From contig NZ_CP042905.2 in NCBI RefSeq assembly GCF_008000775.2, positions 4,110,001 to 4,142,000 on the forward strand: DNA of 32,000 bases, written 5' to 3'. The stretch is from Promethearchaeum syntrophicum (GTDB taxonomy: Archaea > Asgardarchaeota > Lokiarchaeia > Sigyniarchaeales > Promethearchaeaceae). The stretch's first letter is position 1. Every line of letters starts with the position of its first letter. This document shows positions 1 to 7,853 of this stretch, one piece after another. The notes under the pieces are model-generated. The model saw only the letters and a program-made list of their open reading frames with translations. It ran no database searches and was not told the origin of the DNA. Both the position numbers and the translations under genes were made by a program.

Positions 1-209
1 AATAGAACAAATAAAAATCTATAAGTTGGGAAATGAAATATATATAAGATTAGAAAATAATGAAGATCTGAATCTAATTAAAGAGATTTCGCATATTATT
101 AATGCTAAAATTGTTATTTAATATATAATAATCTAAACTTCCATGAAAAATGACTGGTCAAATTCAACATCAATTCCTTTATTACGATAATTATCTTTAA
201 TTTATTTAA

Positions 210-986
210 ATGACACTTATTGATGAGTATGCAAATCAGATATTTCCGCTTATCAGGAAATGCAAGAAATGTCGTAGGTTACGATTAAGGAATTTACCTC
301 ATGAGTGTGCTTTGATTGGACAGAATTATGAACATTCACCAATCCGGTTATTGATTATTGGAAAGGCTCCAAATGCAGATAATGACACAAGAGAAGCTAG
401 AGCAAATAATGAACTTCCTAAGGAATATTCTTCATATTCTCAATTTTTAACAGTAGAAGGTCTTCGATTTTCTGAATATGAACCTCTACACCATGCAGAT
501 CACTACTGCACAATTTCAAATATTCTTTCCCAAATAACCAATCAATCTCCTCAATTTTCATTTACCATGGACAATATCACCTTTACAAATCTTACACATT
601 GCTATAACAAAAGTAAAAAGAGGTGGAATGATCAAACTCAGGTAAAAAAAATGATCAAAAAGTGTAAACTGCACTTCTATCATGAATTCGAATTACTTAA
701 ACCTCAATTAGTCATTGGCTTAGGCGAAGAAGCTAGAGAGTGTTTTATAAAACTGGGAAAAAACGAAAGCAATCATTTACTCACGATAGAATATCATGAA
801 AAAATAAGAAATGCAGATTACTATTACACCCTTGATAACACGAGAAAATCATGCTTGTTTATGTCGTTTTACCATCCTTCTTATTTATCAACATATGGTC
901 GTAATAAAAGAGCTGATTATCGGGCAGAATTTGACCAAAAAATATCTGTAATCGTTAATTTTCTTCGAAGAACTTCAACAAGATAA
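210..986 (+). CDS. Uracil-DNA glycosylase superfamily protein (family 4/5-like, divergent)
   Basis: 258-aa ORF with ATG start. N-terminal Cys pair CKKCRR, then LLIIGKAPN where family-4 UDGs carry G-E-A-P-G, and a C-terminal FYHPSYLS matching the HPS motif B. Motif A is altered (K for E, N for G). Confidence 0.5.
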   Translation: MTLIDEYANQIFPLIRKCKKCRRLRLRNLPHECALIGQNYEHSPIRLLIIGKAPNADNDTREARANNELPKEYSSYSQFLTVEGLRFSEYEPLHHADHYCTISNILSQITNQSPQFSFTMDNITFTNLTHCYNKSKKRWNDQTQVKKMIKKCKLHFYHEFELLKPQLVIGLGEEARECFIKLGKNESNHLLTIEYHEKIRNADYYYTLDNTRKSCLFMSFYHPSYLSTYGRNKRADYRAEFDQKISVIVNFLRRTSTR

Positions 987-1055
987 AATTTCCTTCGTGA
1001 AATACTTAAAATAGGCGTAGCCGGCCGATCTCAATAGAGCGAGTGTTTGGACTGG

Positions 1056-1093
1056 AAAAGGTTTGTTTCCTTTTGGATCTTGAACAATTTTTT
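1056..1093 (+). terminator. Hairpin plus T-run downstream of the UDG-like gene
   Basis: AAAAGG (1056-1061) / TTTGTTT loop / CCTTTT (1069-1074), followed by T6 at 1088-1093. It sits just after a GC-rich patch (1004-1055) and 70 nt past the stop at 986. Confidence 0.25.
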
Positions 1094-1298
1094 AATTTAA
1101 TTCATTCAAAATCTGACTTTCTGGAAAATTATCTATATTATTATTCGAAGTCTCTTCAAATTCGGATTTTTTCCTTGAGAATGTTAAATTTGGGAATTTT
1201 TGATCTATATTCAAATAAGAACGCAATGCATCAATAATTGGATAGTTCTCAGAAATTGAAAGGAAAGTGCCTTCCGAATCTAAATTATTATTTTTCAT
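1092..1298 (-). CDS. Small acidic hypothetical protein (68 aa)
   Basis: ATG start with an A/T-rich box (GGATAAAAATGG on the minus strand) about 30 nt upstream. Its composition is more protein-like than the overlapping + strand ORF 1043..1237, which starts with GTG. No recognisable motif. Confidence 0.3.
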   Translation of the reverse strand: MKNNNLDSEGTFLSISENYPIIDALRSYLNIDQKFPNLTFSRKKSEFEETSNNNIDNFPESQILNELN

Positions 1299-1397
1299 TC
1301 ATATAAGGGGAGATTTTTTCCATTTTTATCCGCATAGTTCAGATTCTTAGAATCATTCAAAAAAAAAAAATTGGAAAAAAAATACCCTTTCATTAAA

Positions 1398-1565
1398 TTA
1401 CAATTTCTCTAGTTTTCTTTTTGCTCTTTTTGCTTCTTCTTCTAATTCACGTGCTTTTCTACGTAGTTCTCTCTCAGCAGCTTGAATTTTATATCTTTGA
1501 GATCGAAGCTTGCTTTGAGCTGATCTCAATTTGCTCCGATATGATGATGCATTGAAACGTACCAT
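1398..1565 (-). CDS. Small basic coiled-coil protein (55 aa), below the ORF-track cutoff
   Basis: Hand translation of the minus strand gives MVRFNASSYRSKLRSAQSKLRSQRYKIQAAERELRRKARELEEEAKRAKRKLEKL, then stop. ATG at 1565, TAA at 1398-1400. A TTTAAATA box is centred about 29 nt upstream, giving leaderless-type geometry. Confidence 0.4.
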   Translation of the reverse strand: MVRFNASSYRSKLRSAQSKLRSQRYKIQAAERELRRKARELEEEAKRAKRKLEKL

Positions 1566-1590
1566 AATGATAGCTTAGATACAACACAGA

Positions 1591-1598
1591 TATTTAAA
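1591..1598 (-). promoter_or_regulatory. TATA-box-like element for ORF 1398..1565
   Basis: The minus strand reads TTTAAATA, matching the archaeal TTTAWATA consensus, about 26-33 nt upstream of the ATG at 1565. The AT-rich background makes false positives likely. Confidence 0.3.
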
Positions 1599-2197
1599 CC
1601 TCTCCAAATTATCGTCAACCTAGGCCTACATTTCGTTTCAATCCGACAAAATTATTACATTTAATTTAACTTCCAAAAGAAAAAGTATTGGGAATTATCT
1701 GGTCATAGAGGAAATAAGGTTTTCCAAAACATCACTAATCTAAAATGGGGTAGGCTTTTGAATCGTTTAATTGCATAATATTATAATATTATAATTTAAA
1801 TAATAAGAAGAAAAATAAAGAAATTCTCATAAAATTCTAATCCAATACCATTCCTTTCTTTGATTTTTTAGTCTTTGAAGATTTCTTGAAAGGTATTTTC
1901 TTTCTTTCCAGAATAAATATCATAAACGCAATATTTGCAGAATAAAAGGAAGTGATTTTCAAAATAAAGAAGTGGTATGGTGCATCTCCGATCCTAGCCA
2001 AAAAAATTGTCATTACCTGTTACAAATCGTAAATCCTGAAAGAATAAATAAATTAAAGAATAAATGAACCAAAATGAATTAGTATTGAAATAGAATTGTG
2101 AATTTTTCTAAATGAACTTTACAATCCTTATAAGAACAATAAATTATGATATATTAATAGATATCTGCATCAAATTAGAAAAAGTCTGATAAAAAAC

Positions 2198-2776
2198 ATG
2201 ACAAATCGGGATTATGAAGAAAATTATTGTCATTCTTGTAGACAAGTGTGGAAAATCACATTGAATTATCCCCTATGTGACATGTATTTTAAACAAAATG
2301 GAAAACATTGTAATTGCATAAGGTGTAGAGAAGAAGGATTTCATGCTCATCAACGAGGACAAGCTAAAAGAGATGCAAATTTAACCAATGTTGAATTGCT
2401 TACGTTAGAATATGAAGCTTCTGGTGGTCAAGAAATATTCCTTTCATATGAAAACACTGAAGAAAATTATTTAGTTGGATTTTTACGATTAAGATTTCCA
2501 TCAAAACTTGCTCATCGCTCTGAAATAAAAAGTAAAAAAACTGCTATTGTAAGAGAAGTGAGAGTTGTTGGGGAAATTGTTAAACATCAAAGTACTCCTA
2601 AAGCACGACAAATTCAACATCGAGGATATGGAAAAGCGCTTATGAAAAAAGCGGAAGACATTTCTAGAAGTAAAGGATGCACAAAATTATTAGTAATAGC
2701 AGGTTTAGGAGTAAGACCTTATTTTTATGACCTTGGATACCAAGTAGATGGCCCTTATGTTTCAAAACAACTCTGA
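2198..2776 (+). CDS. Elp3-derived protein: Zn motif plus KAT/GNAT acetyltransferase domain only (radical SAM domain absent)
   Basis: 192 aa. It carries HCNCIRCRE (the Elp3 CxCxxC zinc motif), EYEASGGQEIFLSYE, LVGFLRLRFP, an acetyl-CoA-type motif QHRGYGKALMKKAE, and the C-terminal GYQVDGPYVSKQL typical of Elp3 C-termini. Full-length Elp3 is more than 500 aa. The 600 nt upstream is full of stop codons. Confidence 0.7.
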   Translation: MTNRDYEENYCHSCRQVWKITLNYPLCDMYFKQNGKHCNCIRCREEGFHAHQRGQAKRDANLTNVELLTLEYEASGGQEIFLSYENTEENYLVGFLRLRFPSKLAHRSEIKSKKTAIVREVRVVGEIVKHQSTPKARQIQHRGYGKALMKKAEDISRSKGCTKLLVIAGLGVRPYFYDLGYQVDGPYVSKQL

Positions 2777-2779
2777 AAA

Positions 2780-3406
2780 TTACATTAGAGATGCAAATTT
2801 TTGTAAAAATTCTATTCCTTGTTTCTTTACATCTTCCCTAGCTGAAGTTTCAGGATGAAATTGAACACCGTAAATTGGGCGGTTTTTATGTTTTATTGCT
2901 TGAATTTTACATTCTTCACTCGAAGCATATAAATCAAATATCTCTTCGAACCCCTCTGCAAATTTGATCTCTTGTTTGTGATTTTCATGCACGTTCATAC
3001 TTTTATATTCTAAGAGTGGGGGATTAAAATCCAAAGAGATAATTTTATCGGATTCAGAATCAATTGAATCTAAATAATCTATTTTAAATCCAAATAAATG
3101 GCCAATCAAATGATGCCCAAAGCAAATTCCTAAAAGTGGTTTATTAAACTCTTGAATTAATCTAAGGACATTCTCCATTTTCTTTTGATCTTCAATAGTG
3201 CTTAAATACAATCTTGAGCCAGATAAGATTATTCCATCTGATTTTAATACGTTTTCATAAATATCTTTGTTTTTTAAATCAGTAAAGTGAATAAACTCAT
3301 ATTTCAACCATTTTAAAGCATTAAAAGCCAAAATTATGCTATTTTTCCTATAACTTGGTATGTCATCTTTGTAGTTATTTATTATGACCAATTTTTTCAT
3401 TTTCAT
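2780..3406 (-). CDS. Class I glutamine amidotransferase (GMP-synthase-like GATase1 domain protein)
   Basis: 208 aa. Nucleophile-elbow motif LLGICFGHHLIG and catalytic His/Glu motif GVQFHPETS. Confidence 0.75.
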   Translation of the reverse strand: MKMKKLVIINNYKDDIPSYRKNSIILAFNALKWLKYEFIHFTDLKNKDIYENVLKSDGIILSGSRLYLSTIEDQKKMENVLRLIQEFNKPLLGICFGHHLIGHLFGFKIDYLDSIDSESDKIISLDFNPPLLEYKSMNVHENHKQEIKFAEGFEEIFDLYASSEECKIQAIKHKNRPIYGVQFHPETSAREDVKKQGIEFLQKFASLM

Positions 3407-3423
3407 ATATGTTCAAATATTAT

Positions 3424-3595
3424 CCATTTTTAATTAAATCTCATAATGAGCGAGTTAAAACACAAGCGATTAATTGAAACTTTTTTTCCTTCAAATATTA
3501 TAAAACCAGTTGCATTAAGAGAAAAGAAGGATCGACCACCAATTTTCGCATTACATTATTATTGGATACGTAAACCATTGGCGGTAATAAGAACC
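3424..3595 (+). repeat. Direct repeat copy 1 (promoter-proximal region plus first ~50 codons of the DUF1156 methylase)
   Basis: Aligns base by base with 5605..5773, e.g. shared ccatttt(t)aattaaatctcata, ttaattgaaactttttttcc, attattattgga. Diverged, roughly three quarters identical by eye. Confidence 0.8.
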
Positions 3596-3628
3596 TTTCG
3601 TGGATTATTTATATTAATTTGTTCCTGA
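3446..3628 (+). pseudogene. Truncated duplicate of the DUF1156 methylase N-terminus (60-aa remnant ORF)
   Basis: MSELKHKRLIETFFPSNIIKPVALREKKDRPPIFALHYYWIRKPLAVIR aligns with MYERKKQRLIETFFPSNLINPIAIREKKGRPPIFALHYYWTRKPLAVIR of ORF 5625..7739. After that it diverges and terminates. Confidence 0.65.
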
Positions 3629-3740
3629 TTTTAGGAGTATTTTCCGATTATTAAAAATTAAGAAATGGAAAAAAAATTATTTATACAACATTGTACTACA
3701 AATTTTTCTCGGTCTAAGAATATTTATTTGTTTGTTTTAC

Positions 3741-5435
3741 CTACAGGTTTTTGATTTTGACAATATTTACTATGGATTTATTCTGTTTTTTAATAATAAT
3801 CGCTGAGATAAGTCCTATTACACCAATTAATAAAACCAAATTATATCCTGAGATCAGTACTGAATCTTTCTTTATAATCTCAAAATAGTTGCTATAATCG
3901 TAGATGGCAGGATTTACTGAATCAGAAATTTTAATTTGATAGAGAGTAGAATTTTCTAAACTGGAAGGTATTGCCCAGGAAAAATAACCATTATTAGATG
4001 CGGTTGCTGCTATTTCCATAACAAATACGTCATTTTCATATAGTTCAATTATTACATTCGAGATACTTCCAATTGATGTCCAAGTTATGGTATAGTTATT
4101 ATTTATTTGCCACGTACTGCTTGAAGTTGGATTGGTCACTGTTAACTCCAATAATTTGTATTTTATTAGGACCATATCACTTCCTCCGGAACCAAAACTA
4201 TCTGTATATCCTGTGATATAAATGTTATTTGAAGGATCAAATTTAATCTCCATTGCAACATCTATTTCACTTCCTCCCCAGGTTGCATTCCATTGCTGCT
4301 CACCTAAGTTGTCATATTTCACAAAAACCATATCCATCTCTCTAGCACCAGAACTGTTTGTTTTTCCCGCAAGATAAATATTATCTGAGGGATTAATAGC
4401 AATTCCTTGTCCCGAATCTTCACCACTTCCACCCCATGTTGCGTTCCACTGTTGAAATCCCGAGCTATTATATTTTATAAGAACTATATCTGATATCATT
4501 GGGTTGAATGGACTAAATAATGGGAAATTTGCAGCTCCCGTAATGTAAACGTTATTTAAAGAGTCCAAACCTATACTATATCCAAGATCATGATTAGCTC
4601 CTCCCCAAGTTGTGTTCCATTGCTGTTCTCCCAAACTATTATATTTAACAAGAACTATATCATTATTTCCAGCACCAAAACTCGTTGTCCAACCCACCAC
4701 ATAAATATTATCAAAGGGATCGACTATAATCTCATTACCCGTATCACTAAGATTCCCACCCCAAGTAGTGTTCCATTGCTGCTCTCCTAAATAATTATAT
4801 TTCACAATGACCATATCCCCACCTTCCGCACCAAAATTCCATGTTCTTCCCGTAAGATAAATATTATTTGAAGAATCTACTGCAATGTTTGAACATATAT
4901 CCGAATTAATTCCTCCCCATGTTGTATTCCATTGCTGTTCTCCCAAATTATTATATTTTACAAGAACCATATCAAAATCCATACTTCCATGTCCAAAACT
5001 CCTTGTCATTCCCCCCAGATAGATATCTTCTGAAGAATCCAATGCAACTGCTAATCCGCTATCCATATCGCTTCCGCCCCAAGTTGTGTTCCATTGTTGT
5101 TCTCCTAAACTGTTATATTTCACAAGAACCATATCTAAATCTCCAGCACCAGAACTATTTGTAAATCCCGAAAGATAAATATTGTTGGATGAATCTAATT
5201 CCATATCTGAAGCCCTATCCCTTCCATTTCCTCCCCATGTTATATTCCACAGTTGTTCAATGGGATAAATTGTAGAATCTTGATACCCTTTGATTGGAGT
5301 ATTTATTCTGTCTTGTTTATAATAGAAATTTGAACTTCCGACTATTAAGAAACTTAGAAATAGAATATAAACTATGCATATTAACATTATATTACTAACT
5401 TTTTTTCGTCTTAGATTTTTGATTTTTTTCTTCAT
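3741..5435 (-). CDS. Membrane-anchored surface protein with SBBP-type beta-propeller repeats
   Basis: 564 aa. N-terminal signal-anchor helix (IMLICIVYILFLSFLIVG). At least 7 repeats of D-(M/I)-V-L-V-K-Y-N-x-L-G-E-Q-Q-W-N-T-T-W-G-G...D-S-S-N-N-I-Y-L-x-G. A Ser/Thr-rich beta-sandwich-like segment follows, then a C-terminal hydrophobic helix plus basic tail (LVLLIGVIGLISAIIIKKQNK). Confidence 0.75.
   Translation of the reverse strand: MKKKIKNLRRKKVSNIMLICIVYILFLSFLIVGSSNFYYKQDRINTPIKGYQDSTIYPIEQLWNITWGGNGRDRASDMELDSSNNIYLSGFTNSSGAGDLDMVLVKYNSLGEQQWNTTWGGSDMDSGLAVALDSSEDIYLGGMTRSFGHGSMDFDMVLVKYNNLGEQQWNTTWGGINSDICSNIAVDSSNNIYLTGRTWNFGAEGGDMVIVKYNYLGEQQWNTTWGGNLSDTGNEIIVDPFDNIYVVGWTTSFGAGNNDIVLVKYNSLGEQQWNTTWGGANHDLGYSIGLDSLNNVYITGAANFPLFSPFNPMISDIVLIKYNSSGFQQWNATWGGSGEDSGQGIAINPSDNIYLAGKTNSSGAREMDMVFVKYDNLGEQQWNATWGGSEIDVAMEIKFDPSNNIYITGYTDSFGSGGSDMVLIKYKLLELTVTNPTSSSTWQINNNYTITWTSIGSISNVIIELYENDVFVMEIAATASNNGYFSWAIPSSLENSTLYQIKISDSVNPAIYDYSNYFEIIKKDSVLISGYNLVLLIGVIGLISAIIIKKQNKSIVNIVKIKNL
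4146..5273 (-). repeat. Tandem coding repeats (period about 154-173 bp) inside the propeller gene
   Basis: The + strand motif ccccaWgtWgtgttccattgctgYtctcc recurs near 4277, 4432, 4605, 4759, 4917, 5078 and 5233. Confidence 0.8.
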
Positions 5436-5590
5436 TTTTTTTTTACCTTCAATTATTTCATTTTAGCAAATTTTCTTCATTTTTGTTTTAAATCTAATCT
5501 TCAATTTAACAATTTTAAATTTGGTTTATTTAAATCTTTGTAAATCTTGTTACATATTGGTACAAAGTACCACTTTTTTCATTTTGGCAT

Positions 5591-5600
5591 ATTTAAAATA
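5591..5600 (+). promoter_or_regulatory. TATA-box-like element for the methylase gene
   Basis: ATTTAAAATA lies 25-34 nt upstream of the GTG start at 5625. The upstream region is partly conserved in the duplicated copy at 3424. Confidence 0.3.
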
Positions 5601-5604
5601 TAAC

Positions 5605-5773
5605 CCATTTTATTAAATCTCATAGTGTACGAACGCAAAAAACAGAGGCTAATTGAAACTTTTTTTCCGTCAAATTTAATTAACCCAATTGCCATAAGAG
5701 AAAAAAAAGGGCGCCCTCCAATTTTTGCACTGCACTATTATTGGACTCGAAAGCCTTTAGCAGTCATAAGGCC
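5605..5773 (+). repeat. Direct repeat copy 2 (5' end of the intact methylase gene)
   Basis: See copy 1 at 3424..3595. Confidence 0.8.
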
Positions 5774-7739
5774 AATTTTACTTGCAAGTATTCTACCTTC
5801 ATCATTTAATCATGATGAATATCTTAAATTATGTGGAATTTCTTCAAATGTTGATGAACAAGAAGCAATATACAAAATTACTCCGAGTAAAGAAGATTTA
5901 GAACTATTAAAAAATAAAACAGATTTCGATTTATCACAGTTTCTTCTTATGGATCCTTTTGGGGGAGGTGGATCTATTCCCTTTGAAGCTTTAAGATATG
6001 ATTTAAATGTAATCGTAAATGAATATAATCCTTTAGCATGGTTAATATTGAACGCAACTTTGAAATACCCGAATCTTCTTCCAGATAAATTTTTTGAAGA
6101 TTTTGATATGTATTTTAATACAATATTTCAACAATTAAAAGAAGAATTTGGTGATCTTTTTCCTGATTTTGATGAAGAAAAAGTCGGAGCGTATATTTAT
6201 TGTTGGAAAGTGATATGTCCATATTGCGAAAGAGAAACACCATTAATTTCCAATTGGAATTTATCTTCTAAAAAGAATTTGCAGAAATCTTTGGAACCTA
6301 TAATTAAAAACAATCAAATTTCTTATAAAATTAAAGATTATTTATCAAAAACAAATGCAACCTGCAAAAAAGCAGTAGGAATATGCATATTTTGTAAGAA
6401 AAAAATTGATAATTCCGAAATTATAAAGCAATTAAATCAAAACTCTAAAGAACAATTGTTATCAGTAATTTCGATCAAAAATACAAAAGGCAAGGCTTAT
6501 TATATTCCAAGAAATAAAGATTTCTATGCTATTCAGAAAGCAAAAGAGATTTTTAATCGTAAGAAAGATGGTTTTATTTCTAAAGGAATTCTACCTGATG
6601 AAAATATGGAAATGCACACAATTAGAGCAGCCAAATATCTAATCAAATGGCAAAATTTGTTCAACTCACGGCAATTACTGGTCATTTGTCAATTTGCAGA
6701 ACTAATTAAGGAATTAAGTGAAAAATTAATTGAGGAAAAAGGAAAAAAATATACAGAGATTGTTACAGTTTATTTGAGTTTTCTTTTGGGAAAATTTATC
6801 AATAGAAATAGTCGTTTATCAACATGGGATCGCCCGGGAGAAAAAATAATGCATGCCTGTTCGAATAAGTTAAATGCTTTACAATGGGATCATAGTGAAA
6901 TCAACCCTTTTGCCCATGTTTCTGGATCTCTTCAATATGGGTATAGAGATGTTGTAAAAGCTATAAAATTTGCACATAACAATTTAAAGACACATCCTCT
7001 CGAAATTTTAAATTTTGATTTCCTTTCCTTACAGAAAAAATCCTTCAAATCATCTAAATCACATAATGTCCAACTGATAATTACAGATCCTCCTTATTTT
7101 GATGACGCCCCCTATTCTGAATTAAGTGAATTCTTCTATGTTTGGTATAGTAGATTGTTAAAGAACATTTTTACTGAAAACCCAAATTTCAAATCTTTTC
7201 AAACACCAAAGAAAGCGGATATTTCTGTTTCACATACACGAAATGCAGTTGATTTTGATAAAAAATTTATAATGATGTGCAAGCAATTTCATTCTTTTTT
7301 AACTGAAGATGGTCTTCTGGTAATGTTTTTTGCTCATCCCAAATTAAAAACTTGGAAAACGGTATTTGATGCACTCATACAAGCAAAATTTCATGTTACG
7401 GCTACCTGGCCCGTAACTACAGAATCGAAAGGGCTCGCAAATGTAAAAAAAAAGGGTTCTTTGCTCTCTTCTTTAATAATTGTTGCTAGAAAAATAACTT
7501 CTAAGCAGTCATTTGATGCATTTGATTCATCTTGGGATAATTTTGAAGGATTATTTATTGAAAAATCTTTTCTAAAACTAAAAAAACTGGTAAAAGAAGG
7601 TATCCAACAATCAGACTTAAATATTGTTGCACTTGGAATTGCGTTAGAAATACTAACAAATCCACAGATGGATTTTTCTTCAATTAGTATTGAAAAGGCG
7701 ATTTTACTGACTGAAAAAACTGTTAAATTAATTTTTTAA
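5625..7739 (+). CDS. DUF1156/COG1743-type DNA methyltransferase with internal Zn-ribbon (N6-adenine/N4-cytosine class)
   Basis: 704 aa with a GTG start. DUF1156-like N-terminus (LIETFFP...REK...PPIFALHYYWTRKPL), SAM motif I LMDPFGGGGSIPFEA, Zn-ribbon CPYCERE...CIFCKKK, and catalytic motif IV IITDPPYFDD. Confidence 0.85.
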   Translation: MYERKKQRLIETFFPSNLINPIAIREKKGRPPIFALHYYWTRKPLAVIRPILLASILPSSFNHDEYLKLCGISSNVDEQEAIYKITPSKEDLELLKNKTDFDLSQFLLMDPFGGGGSIPFEALRYDLNVIVNEYNPLAWLILNATLKYPNLLPDKFFEDFDMYFNTIFQQLKEEFGDLFPDFDEEKVGAYIYCWKVICPYCERETPLISNWNLSSKKNLQKSLEPIIKNNQISYKIKDYLSKTNATCKKAVGICIFCKKKIDNSEIIKQLNQNSKEQLLSVISIKNTKGKAYYIPRNKDFYAIQKAKEIFNRKKDGFISKGILPDENMEMHTIRAAKYLIKWQNLFNSRQLLVICQFAELIKELSEKLIEEKGKKYTEIVTVYLSFLLGKFINRNSRLSTWDRPGEKIMHACSNKLNALQWDHSEINPFAHVSGSLQYGYRDVVKAIKFAHNNLKTHPLEILNFDFLSLQKKSFKSSKSHNVQLIITDPPYFDDAPYSELSEFFYVWYSRLLKNIFTENPNFKSFQTPKKADISVSHTRNAVDFDKKFIMMCKQFHSFLTEDGLLVMFFAHPKLKTWKTVFDALIQAKFHVTATWPVTTESKGLANVKKKGSLLSSLIIVARKITSKQSFDAFDSSWDNFEGLFIEKSFLKLKKLVKEGIQQSDLNIVALGIALEILTNPQMDFSSISIEKAILLTEKTVKLIF

Positions 7740-7853
7740 GAAGTGCAAAAATGTTTTATTATTAAAAAACTATAGATTAAAAGGGTACTTTTACGACATT
7801 AATGATTAGTATGATAAGATTATCTGTTTTTTCGATTGAATTCGGGTGAAATC

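Noticed and set aside
1004-1055. GC-rich patch aggcgtagccggccgatctcaatagagcgagtgtttggactgg, considered as a tRNA or sRNA (it shares AATAGAGCG with the 14.18-kb element)
   Set aside because: I could not fold it into a cloverleaf or any convincing long helix. The 9-mer match is weak evidence. I kept only the adjacent hairpin plus T-run as a low-confidence terminator.
1043-1237. 64-aa + strand ORF with a GTG start
   Set aside because: It begins inside the GC-rich/terminator region downstream of the UDG-like gene and overlaps the more plausible minus-strand ORF 1092..1298. Neither call is strong.
1837-2013. 58-aa minus-strand ORF read by hand (MTIFLARIGDAPYHFFILKITSFYSANIAFMIFILERKKIPFKKSSKTKKSKKGMVLD)
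   Set aside because: It has one hydrophobic stretch plus a Lys tail, but no convincing promoter or RBS and no motif. It could easily arise by chance in AT-rich DNA.
1600-2197. Looked for a decayed Elp3 radical-SAM domain upstream of the KAT-only ORF
   Set aside because: All frames I scanned are interrupted by frequent TAA/TAG/TGA codons. The sequence is AT-rich with short tandem motifs (aatattat x2.5 near 1771-1795), and I could not recognise any CxxxCxxC remnant by eye. A sensitive tblastn would be needed to exclude very decayed traces.
4590-5164. Track ORFs 4590..4790 (+) and 4919..5164 (+), antisense to the propeller-repeat gene
   Set aside because: They are shadow frames of a strongly supported minus-strand gene. 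Their low-complexity, repeat-derived sequences simply mirror the coding repeats.
4146-5273. Regular ~155-170 bp periodicity, considered as a possible CRISPR array or satellite
   Set aside because: The repeats are in-frame protein repeats (beta-propeller blades) within one long ORF. The units are too long and too diverged, and there is no repeat/spacer organisation.
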